From a virus (lineage: Duplodnaviria > Caudoviricetes), in the IMG/VR virus record IMGVR_UViG_3300014501_000025, positions 1-52,300 of that record: a stretch of DNA of 52,300 nucleotides; one strand, given 5' to 3'. Below the pieces are notes generated by a model. The model saw only the letters and a program-made list of their open reading frames with translations. It was not told the DNA's origin and did not search any database. This document shows positions 1 to 6,647 of the stretch, piece by piece; position 1 is the first letter of the stretch, and each line of letters starts with the position of its first letter. Both the position numbers and the translations under genes were made by a program.

Positions 1-66
1 AACTCGCAGGTGCCTGACCAGGCCGTCAAGCAGCGCGCGGGTGAGCGCGAGCTTCCCACGCTCCAG
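1..66. repeat. 66-bp perfect inverted copy of 255-320
   Basis: 1-66 is the exact reverse complement of 255-320 (CTGGAGCGTGGG...CACCTGCGAGTT). Confidence 0.95.
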
Positions 67-94
67 ACGGGCTCGGGAAAAGCGCCGGGCGCCT
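66..94. repeat. 29-bp direct copy of 228-256
   Basis: GACGGGCTCGGGAAAAGCGCCGGGCGCCT at 66-94 and 228-256. Confidence 0.95.
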
Positions 95-101
95 CGCGGC
101 C

Positions 102-587
102 ATGTGGGCTACTAATCCGAGCGTGGGCCTGAGCGAACTCAATGCGGACGAGCTGAAAACACGGATCGAGGCCGCCCGCGCGCTGCGCAACATCGAGCAG
201 ATCGACCTAGACGACCTGTTCGCCGGCGACGGGCTCGGGAAAAGCGCCGGGCGCCTGGAGCGTGGGAAGCTCGCGCTCACCCGCGCGCTGCTTGACGGCC
301 TGGTCAGGCACCTGCGAGTTCCCGAGCGGTGGTTCACGACCCGGGACATCGACCCGCTCTTCTACGGAGAGAGCGAGAGCAGTCGTTTAGAGGTCGAGCT
401 GGCCGGGATGCGGGCGAGCATGGACCGCATGCTCAGGACCGTCGAGGAACGGCCCGACCTCAAACAGGAGATCCAGGAGGCGTTCGAGGACTATGCCCGG
501 CGCCTAGCCCCCGAAATCGGGAAGCTTCCGCGGCGATCCAAGCGTAATCAGGATCGCCCTGCGGAAGAGCCACCAGCCGCCGCGTGA
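102..587 (+). CDS. XRE/Cro-CI-like HTH protein, putative prophage repressor
   Basis: RIEAARALRNIEQ..L...AGRLERGK...LVRHLRVPERWF resembles the XRE HTH pattern; opposite orientation to the late genes, next to a lipoprotein. Confidence 0.6.
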   Translation: MWATNPSVGLSELNADELKTRIEAARALRNIEQIDLDDLFAGDGLGKSAGRLERGKLALTRALLDGLVRHLRVPERWFTTRDIDPLFYGESESSRLEVELAGMRASMDRMLRTVEERPDLKQEIQEAFEDYARRLAPEIGKLPRRSKRNQDRPAEEPPAAA

Positions 588-750
588 GGAACGCGCCGAG
601 CATGCACGCCCCCTCCCGCATTATCTCCATGCCTGTCGGGGGCCCCTGCGGAGCGCCGCGGCCTTCGATCAGTCGCAGGGCTGGCCGTCCGTGTACCGCT
701 GTTGGCCCTCGAGGAACCGCGATGGCCGACTGGTCTCCATGATCCTTCAT
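460..750 (-). CDS. hypothetical protein overlapping the repressor 3' end
   Basis: GAAGGAG RBS upstream of ATG at 750 (MKDHGDQ...ALRLIEGRG). Confidence 0.4.
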   Translation of the reverse strand: MKDHGDQSAIAVPRGPTAVHGRPALRLIEGRGAPQGPPTGMEIMREGACMLGAFLTRRLVALPQGDPDYAWIAAEASRFRGLGAGHSPRTPPGSPV

Positions 751-957
751 CCCGCTGCTCTCCTTCGCTCCCTTGGGTCGGCTGGCTCTCGCCACCGGGC
801 GGCAATCCGTTGACCGGCAGCCGAGGTTACACCGGCGTGACAGCCATGCAACCCGGTATCGCCCCACTTTGCGGCCAACGCGCGGAAGGCTCGAACATGC
901 GTCCAGACGACCAACTTTCAGGCAGCTCACGAACACTCACCAGGGCTCGCTAAGGCT

Positions 958-1389
958 ATGCGCCGGCTGATCGTCGTCGCGGTGACGGCCGCCGCCCTCG
1001 CCGGCTGCGGAGGGAGCGGCGCGCCTGCCGCTAGCCCAACGCAGCAGGTCACGAACGTGACCAACCACTTCACCGTCGACGTGGGTCAGAAGGACTACGC
1101 CGCCGCGTGCAAGCTGACCACCGGGGCGATGCGCCAGAGCTGCGCCGGCCTCGCGGACCTGCCTCAGCTCCAAGCCGAGTGCAAGGGCGAGGGCACCAAC
1201 ACCACCAGCGTCCTGGGTCGCGACTGCGCAGCCCTACCAGCCCAGCAGGCGCCCCTCGCGGGATTCACGAGCCTCACGGTCTCCAAGGTGGTCGTGTCGG
1301 GTCCAAGCGCGACCGTGGCGTTCAGCGGAAGCAGCGAAGTGATGCAGCTGGCCAAGCGCAACGGCCGGTGGCTCGTGAGCTCGGGGTGA
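958..1389 (+). CDS. lipoprotein (NTF2-like/DUF4878-like), possible superinfection exclusion protein
   Basis: MRRLIVVAVTAAALAGC lipobox; D...AC..LT..MRQSC and C-terminal LAKRNGRWLV pattern. Confidence 0.7.
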   Translation: MRRLIVVAVTAAALAGCGGSGAPAASPTQQVTNVTNHFTVDVGQKDYAAACKLTTGAMRQSCAGLADLPQLQAECKGEGTNTTSVLGRDCAALPAQQAPLAGFTSLTVSKVVVSGPSATVAFSGSSEVMQLAKRNGRWLVSSG

Positions 1390-1399
1390 CCCACAACGC

Positions 1400-1448
1400 A
1401 AAAGAGCCCCGGCCCGGCCCCGCCGAAGCGAGACCGAGCCGGGGCTCT
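1400..1448 (-). terminator. intrinsic terminator of the late operon (long stem, cUUCGg loop, U-tract); possibly bidirectional
   Basis: - strand AGAGCCCCGGCTCGGTCTCGC-TTCG-GCGGGGCCGGGCCGGGGCTCT-TTTG, between convergent genes. Confidence 0.8.
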
Positions 1449-1560
1449 GAGGCAGGCATGAGTGAGCCCGAAGGCTACGCACACGTGCGGATATGAAGTT
1501 GTGCGAGCGTCGGGCCCTCGACCTCCCGACGCTCGCGGTTCTCGCCCGAAGGCGGGAAGG
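1400..1560 (-). ncRNA. candidate structured RNA / 3' UTR (five hairpins, three UUCG loops)
   Basis: Hairpins at 1539-1558, 1503-1536 (12-bp perfect stem), 1478-1489, 1465-1476 and 1403-1448. Confidence 0.45.
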
Positions 1561-1561
1561 T

Positions 1562-2116
1562 TCAGGCGATGTGAGCCGGCAGGCCTGACCGCCACACGGC
1601 GCGGGCCCGCCAATCCGGGTATGGGATGTGGTGGACCCCCTCCCCCTTGCTGCGATGGCAAACGTCGCAGAGCTGCATCAGGTTCCCCTCGGACTCCATG
1701 TAGGCGAGGAAGACCTCCTCGTGCGACTTTGCCGCCAGCTCGGGATGGCGCCCGAGCCATCCGTCGATGTTGGAGAACGACTCGACCATGAAGCCTGCGT
1801 CCTCGCGGTGCGAGCTGTCCCACCACTTCGCCACGTCGATCGCGTTCAGCAGGCTGAACTCAAGGTCGGCGTGGTGGGCTTCGAGCTGATACGCGCCGAG
1901 CGGGTTGCTCGCGGTCGCGGGCTCGTCCTTGGCGCCCAGGTCCTCGTATCGGACGCCGCAGCGCCAGCAGGGGATGTCCTGCTTGCGCATCTGCTTCTTC
2001 GCGGCGGCGAACAGCCGGTAGTGAGGGTCGGTCGCCCGGGGCTCGTGCTCAGGCACCCACTCTCGCAAGCGGGTGTTGAGCACGACCATCTGGTAGTGCG
2101 CGGCCGTGAGGCTCAT
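1562..2116 (-). CDS. HNH-type endonuclease-like protein
   Basis: CWRC ... LEAHH ... NLMQLCDVCH ... GVHH motifs; last gene of the late operon. Confidence 0.65.
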   Translation of the reverse strand: MSLTAAHYQMVVLNTRLREWVPEHEPRATDPHYRLFAAAKKQMRKQDIPCWRCGVRYEDLGAKDEPATASNPLGAYQLEAHHADLEFSLLNAIDVAKWWDSSHREDAGFMVESFSNIDGWLGRHPELAAKSHEEVFLAYMESEGNLMQLCDVCHRSKGEGVHHIPYPDWRARAVWRSGLPAHIA

Positions 2117-2217
2117 CCGATCACCGCCGCGATTCCGAACGAGACGGCGATGACCACCAGGACCACGACGACCCCGATGGCCATCCCCTCGAGAGTGGCG
2201 CGAGTCTCATCGGTCAT
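2113..2217 (-). CDS. small membrane protein
   Basis: MTDETRATLEGMAIGVVVVLVVIAVSFGIAAVIG; ATGA-coupled on both sides. Confidence 0.55.
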   Translation of the reverse strand: MTDETRATLEGMAIGVVVVLVVIAVSFGIAAVIG

Positions 2218-2333
2218 CGAGCCCGCCCACCGAGTCCCGCCCGGACGCGGCCGGCCAGCCCCCGGAGCGCGGTGAACACCGCGATCGGCAGCCATAGCAA
2301 TGCCATGCCGAGTAGCGTCAGCGGCTTGTTCAC
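2214..2333 (-). CDS. small membrane protein
   Basis: GTG coupled to the holin stop; NKPLTLLGMALLWLPIAVFTALRG. Confidence 0.45.
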   Translation of the reverse strand: MNKPLTLLGMALLWLPIAVFTALRGLAGRVRAGLGGRAR

Positions 2334-2605
2334 AGCCGCGTCCGACTTCCCGCAGCCGGCGCCGGGGTCGGGACGATGGGCTTGGCGACGTTCGGGATCA
2401 GGTACGTGACGAGCGCGAGGACGAGGCCCGACCCGGCGATCGTCAGGGACAGCGTGTCGATCTTGCCCGCGAACACGCTGTTGACAGCCGCGACGACGAC
2501 CGCAAGCGTGGCGGGGACGATCGCCTTCGCGAACGGCGACAACGGGCCGAGGATCGATGCCAGGGCCGTAAGCAGCTGGGTGAGGACTCCCTCTTCGGTC
2601 TGCAT
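2330..2605 (-). CDS. putative holin (internal in-frame start)
   Basis: AAGGGAG RBS before MQTEEG; hydrophobic helices KAIVPATLAVVVAAV and GLVLALVTYLIPN resemble actinophage holins. Confidence 0.65.
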   Translation of the reverse strand: MQTEEGVLTQLLTALASILGPLSPFAKAIVPATLAVVVAAVNSVFAGKIDTLSLTIAGSGLVLALVTYLIPNVAKPIVPTPAPAAGSRTRL

Positions 2606-3184
2606 GATGGTGGGCTCCCTTCGAGAGCTTTGGAGTGAGGCTTGAAGTGAGACTGAGGCTGGACTTGAGGTCGAGGCATAGAACGAGAAAAGCTCCTGCG
2701 GACTGATCGAAGCGGCGTCGACCGGGTAGATCACCCAGCCGCGCACGAGCGCTTCCGCGCACAGCGACGAGCAGATTTGTGTGCCTTCGACGCCGAACCA
2801 CAGTCCGCGGCCGGGCGTCAGGAATCGCAACGCAATCCCGAGATCGGTCAGCCAGCCGTACTCGTCGCCGACGCACGACCGCGCGAACGCGACTGCCTGC
2901 GCCGCGTCATCGCCGGTGAGCCCGGTCCGGACGATCCAGTACTCGATGCCGCGATATGCCGTCAGGGGTGCGCGGGCCACGCCGCGGGTCAGCGCCTCGA
3001 TGGTGCTGCTGGGCGTGTCGCAGAACGCGGCGTGTGACACGTCGGCGTGACGTAGCCGCAGTCGCTCGCCGAGCCGGATCACCCACGGGACGAACCCTCG
3101 GCGGTGGCAGAGGAGAATGTCGCCGGGCATCACCCCGGTGGCATCCTGGCCGGCCGGGACGTGTTCCATCCGGGCGGGGGTCAC
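2330..3184 (-). CDS. permuted papain-like NlpC/P60 (YiiX/YebB-like) hydrolase fused in frame to the holin
   Basis: PGDILL...SHAA...IEA...A..FA...VG.EYGW...ICSSLCAEA (His before Cys); no stop before the holin. Confidence 0.75.
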   Translation of the reverse strand: MTPARMEHVPAGQDATGVMPGDILLCHRRGFVPWVIRLGERLRLRHADVSHAAFCDTPSSTIEALTRGVARAPLTAYRGIEYWIVRTGLTGDDAAQAVAFARSCVGDEYGWLTDLGIALRFLTPGRGLWFGVEGTQICSSLCAEALVRGWVIYPVDAASISPQELFSFYASTSSPASVSLQASLQSSRREPTIMQTEEGVLTQLLTALASILGPLSPFAKAIVPATLAVVVAAVNSVFAGKIDTLSLTIAGSGLVLALVTYLIPNVAKPIVPTPAPAAGSRTRL

Positions 3185-3447
3185 GTCTCGCGACTGAGTA
3201 GCGGCTCCGGGATGAGGCCCACCAGCGGGAACGCCGGAAAGCCCGACTGGGGTCTGACGTCGAGCCGCGCGCCATCGTAGGTCAGCCATGCCGTCATCGG
3301 CCGTTTCCGGGAGCCGAGATACAGGATCGAATCGGGGTTGACCCGCACGACCTGCGTGACGGTGATCCCGCGCTGGCGCAGCAGCATCGCGGCGTTGTGG
3401 TGCACGCCCGTCTCAACCCGCGCGGGCGGCTCCGACAGCAAGCCCAT
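3181..3447 (-). CDS. hypothetical protein
   Basis: AGGAG RBS; fills the gap in the operon. Confidence 0.6.
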   Translation of the reverse strand: MGLLSEPPARVETGVHHNAAMLLRQRGITVTQVVRVNPDSILYLGSRKRPMTAWLTYDGARLDVRPQSGFPAFPLVGLIPEPLLSRET

Positions 3448-3456
3448 GGCATGCTC

Positions 3457-4278
3457 CTATGCGGCGAACTGCCGGCGGGCGGCGAGGACGATGAACTTCT
3501 CGATGTCCTGGTCCTTGAACCCCTCGGCCGTCTTGCCGGTCACCCGGTTGTAGAGCTCCAGGTCAGCGTAGGCGTAGGCCTCGTCGTTGAGGTTGACGAG
3601 GTAGCGGTTCGTGATCCCGACACGCCGGGCCCAGGAGATGATCGCCCACCGGCCCATCTGCGGGATGTAGTGGCCGCCGATGATCGGCGAGCCGGAAACG
3701 TAGTCCCACGAGATGCCCTCGGAGAACTGCTCCTGTTGGGCTTCCTGCACCTGGACCCCGAGGCCGACGCGCTCGAACAGCCACGCGCACTCCCAGATCT
3801 CCTGCAGGTTGCCGGGGGTCAGCGAGACGTGCTGGCCGATCTTGTGGACCGTCCCGGCGTCGTCGTAGATCCCCGCCGTCTGACGGTGCGCCAGCACGTC
3901 CTGAAGGTTCGACCCGGTGTCGCCCGCGCCGGTCTCCGGGTCGTAGCCCGAGTAGGCGGCGTACTGCGCGACGATCGTCTTGCCGCTGATCGCGGGCACG
4001 GGCCGGCCGCTGGTCTTGGCGCCCTCCATGATCTCGTGACCGGGGCCAGCCCACGCACAGTCGCCGCAGCCCTGAAAGCCCTCGAAGACGGTGTCGTCGG
4101 GCCCGTTGCCGAGCATCTGCCACTGGTCGCCCGCGAACGCGTCGGCGTGCCCGAAGTTGCTGGGGAAGGTGGGGAGGCTGACCTTGGCGTCCTTGACGAG
4201 CGCCTGGCGAAGCTCCGAGTAGCGGGGGGTACCCGAGCGCAGTGGGGTGGCGTCTTGCTTGCCGAGAGGCAGTGACAT
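3457..4278 (-). CDS. putative papain-like cysteine peptidase (lysis region)
   Basis: W.MLGN...GDCAWAG (Cys), GGHYI (His), ISW; AAGGAG RBS. Confidence 0.65.
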   Translation of the reverse strand: MSLPLGKQDATPLRSGTPRYSELRQALVKDAKVSLPTFPSNFGHADAFAGDQWQMLGNGPDDTVFEGFQGCGDCAWAGPGHEIMEGAKTSGRPVPAISGKTIVAQYAAYSGYDPETGAGDTGSNLQDVLAHRQTAGIYDDAGTVHKIGQHVSLTPGNLQEIWECAWLFERVGLGVQVQEAQQEQFSEGISWDYVSGSPIIGGHYIPQMGRWAIISWARRVGITNRYLVNLNDEAYAYADLELYNRVTGKTAEGFKDQDIEKFIVLAARRQFAA

Positions 4279-4302
4279 GCGGGCTCCTTCAGGGGCGAGT
4301 GG

Positions 4303-4674
4303 CTATTCGGGCAGGACTTGCAGCGGGAGGACCATGAACCCGACCGGCGGCTCACCGGACTGGGTGGCGATCCGGGCGAGCTGCTCACCCTTGGCTTGCG
4401 CGGTCGCTGCGTCGGGCGCGGCGTACGCGTAGCACTGCTCAGCGCCGTCGACGGTCGTGTACGTGTAGAGAACGAACGGCGGCATGCTGGCTCCTTGCGG
4501 CGAGGGCTTGGCGTACTGCTGGTCGAGGCAGGCGGCTTCCATCTGCGCGCGGGCTTTCGCGAGGTCCTCCTCGAACAGCGCGAGCTCGTCGGGCTCGAAG
4601 TGCTCAACGGCGCGCGGACGGGCATTGAGATACGCCGCATACGCTTCGGTCTCCGCGCCGACGTCGAGGGTCAT
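4303..4674 (-). CDS. hypothetical protein (internal RBS/ATG at 4485)
   Basis: ATG coupled to upstream stop; second AAGGAG-ATG in frame. Confidence 0.55.
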   Translation of the reverse strand: MTLDVGAETEAYAAYLNARPRAVEHFEPDELALFEEDLAKARAQMEAACLDQQYAKPSPQGASMPPFVLYTYTTVDGAEQCYAYAAPDAATAQAKGEQLARIATQSGEPPVGFMVLPLQVLPE

Positions 4675-4847
4675 CAGTGAGGCACGAGCGCGAACAGCCC
4701 CGCGAGGACGACGATCGCGATGAGGTAGAGGCCGAACTTGCCGAGCAGCCGCATGTGCGCCGGCAGTGGCTCGTCCTTCGGGATCCGGCGGCTCATGAGG
4801 TAGACCTGCTCCTCGCGGATCCAGTGACCGCACTTAGGGCAACGCAT
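4674..4847 (-). CDS. small CxxC membrane protein
   Basis: Read by hand: MRCPKCGHW...GLYLIAIVVLAGLFALVPH; GGAGG RBS. Confidence 0.6.
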   Translation of the reverse strand: MRCPKCGHWIREEQVYLMSRRIPKDEPLPAHMRLLGKFGLYLIAIVVLAGLFALVPH

Positions 4848-4863
4848 AGGCGTCCCCCCTCCC

Positions 4864-5052
4864 TCACTGCGTCGGGACTGCCAGCACGACGGCCGTGTAG
4901 CCCTCGGTCATGTCCGCCCCGGCGTTGAGCTTCGCGGCCTCGGCATCGGCGACGGCCTGCAACGCCGGCAGGTCGGTGCCCGTCGCGAGCGCGCGCTGGT
5001 CGAGAACCATCCCCTGCTGGACGAGTGCGACGTAGGTGATCTGGGCGGTCAT
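4864..5052 (-). CDS. hypothetical protein
   Basis: MTAQITYVALVQQG..., ATGA coupling. Confidence 0.55.
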   Translation of the reverse strand: MTAQITYVALVQQGMVLDQRALATGTDLPALQAVADAEAAKLNAGADMTEGYTAVVLAVPTQ

Positions 5053-5279
5053 GCGTAGTCGGTCCCTTCTGGCTCGGAGTCGCGGTAGAGCGGCTGGATG
5101 CCGGCGGCCTCGAGCGCGCGGACGTAGCCGAGGACGTAGGCGAGCGGGTGCTCGGTCGCGTCGCCGCGGACGGGCGCGATGCAGTAGGACCGCTCGCTGG
5201 TGTGCGGGCCCTGCCAGCCGTCGAGGAACCGGGCGGCGGTCGCCGCGCGGAGCATCGCCCGGATCTCCCGGTCGGTCAT
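5049..5279 (-). CDS. hypothetical protein
   Basis: GGAGG RBS; MTDREIRAMLR..., ATGA coupling. Confidence 0.55.
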   Translation of the reverse strand: MTDREIRAMLRAATAARFLDGWQGPHTSERSYCIAPVRGDATEHPLAYVLGYVRALEAAGIQPLYRDSEPEGTDYA

Positions 5280-5554
5280 ACCGACCTCCAGACGCCGCGC
5301 TTGAGGTAGCCATGCCATCCGTCAGGTGCGTCGTAGATAGACGGGCTGACCGTGATCGTCCCGTCCTCGTGCTCGGTGATCGTGTGCGTTGAGACGCGGC
5401 CGACGTGGCCTGCGGGATCGAGGAGCCAGAGGTTCGGCTTCCCGTGGTAGTCCACGAGCATGTACGAGCCCAGCGCGCAGTGTCCGTTGTCGTAGGCGTC
5501 CCAGCCGGGCCCGGGCTCGCCGAAGACGGCATCAGGCAGTCGCTGCCCCTGCAT
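5276..5554 (-). CDS. DUF6527-like protein
   Basis: GTITVSPSI...WHGYLKRGVW pattern. Confidence 0.55.
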   Translation of the reverse strand: MQGQRLPDAVFGEPGPGWDAYDNGHCALGSYMLVDYHGKPNLWLLDPAGHVGRVSTHTITEHEDGTITVSPSIYDAPDGWHGYLKRGVWRSV

Positions 5555-6603
5555 CAATTCGTCGCCTTGACGTGCGCGGCCGCGCTGGTGAAGTACGACG
5601 CTCGTCCAACGAACACCGCGCAGTCCCTCTGCGCGTACGCGGTGCGGCTGAGCGCGAGCGCCCGCCGACGGCTGACGGCGTTGACCTTCGGGTGCTCGCG
5701 AAGCTGCGTCGAGAACCAGATGGCGCGCTGTGACAGCACCTGGCAGCCCCTGGCAGTGGATGCCCGCTCGGTCGATGCGGCGGCGCGCTGGTCGGACGCC
5801 ACGGTGCGCTTCGCGGCTGCGCACGCCGACTTCGAGATGCGGTGCGTGAAGCAGACCGGCAGCAGAGGTGCGGGCTTCGCGAACAGGCCGTAGTCCACGC
5901 TCTCGTCCGACGCGCCGATCCCGGGAACCGACGCCGACTCGGTGAACTGCCAGGCTTCGACAGGCCTGAAGAACGGCTGCAGCACCGAGGCGTACTGCGC
6001 CTGCCACAGCGGCAGGCCGGCGCTCGAGCCGCCCGGCCACGTGCCCGGCGACGTGTACACGGCGTGCGCGAGCGAACGCAGACAGCCGGCGTACGCGCTG
6101 GTGCCCGGGACTTCGATGTCGAGCACGAGCGGCATCCCCGCGGGAACGTGCCGGCGGATTGCGGCCGCCTCGGCTGAGCAGCCGACGGGGCGAACGAACC
6201 AGTAGGCCTGCACCTGAAGCCCGGCCGCGCGCGCCCCCGCGACGTGCGAGGCGTAGGTCGGGTCCGCAGCGGCGCCCTCGCCAGCCTTGACCACGACGGC
6301 GAAGATCCCCGAGGCCTTCACCGCGCGCCAGTTCACGGACGGCTGCCAATCGGACACGTCGACGAACCGGCGCCCAGCCGGGAAGGCGGTCCGCGGCGTG
6401 ATCCCCACGGCCGGCGCGGGGAGGCTGCAGCCCATGAAGCTGTTGCCCGGAATGCACCGCGACGTAGCGGATGGGCCCGTGACGGCCGTCAGCGTGGTGG
6501 AGTGGTGGCTGACCGTCGTGGCGGCGTGGTGGCTCGAGCCGCCGCAGCCGGCGAGCGCGAGCGCGCACGCGGCAGCGACGCCGAGAAGGCGCTTGGGATG
6601 CAT
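5554..6603 (-). CDS. GH25 lysozyme (endolysin) with lipoprotein signal peptide
   Basis: FVDVSDWQ..VNW..VK.SG, KAGEG, LDIE, WQFT motifs; N-terminal ALAGC lipobox. Confidence 0.85.
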   Translation of the reverse strand: MHPKRLLGVAAACALALAGCGGSSHHAATTVSHHSTTLTAVTGPSATSRCIPGNSFMGCSLPAPAVGITPRTAFPAGRRFVDVSDWQPSVNWRAVKASGIFAVVVKAGEGAAADPTYASHVAGARAAGLQVQAYWFVRPVGCSAEAAAIRRHVPAGMPLVLDIEVPGTSAYAGCLRSLAHAVYTSPGTWPGGSSAGLPLWQAQYASVLQPFFRPVEAWQFTESASVPGIGASDESVDYGLFAKPAPLLPVCFTHRISKSACAAAKRTVASDQRAAASTERASTARGCQVLSQRAIWFSTQLREHPKVNAVSRRRALALSRTAYAQRDCAVFVGRASYFTSAAAHVKATN

Positions 6604-6647
6604 GGAGACCTCCGAGGGTCGAGAGAAGCGCGGGCTAGGCGCGGGGG

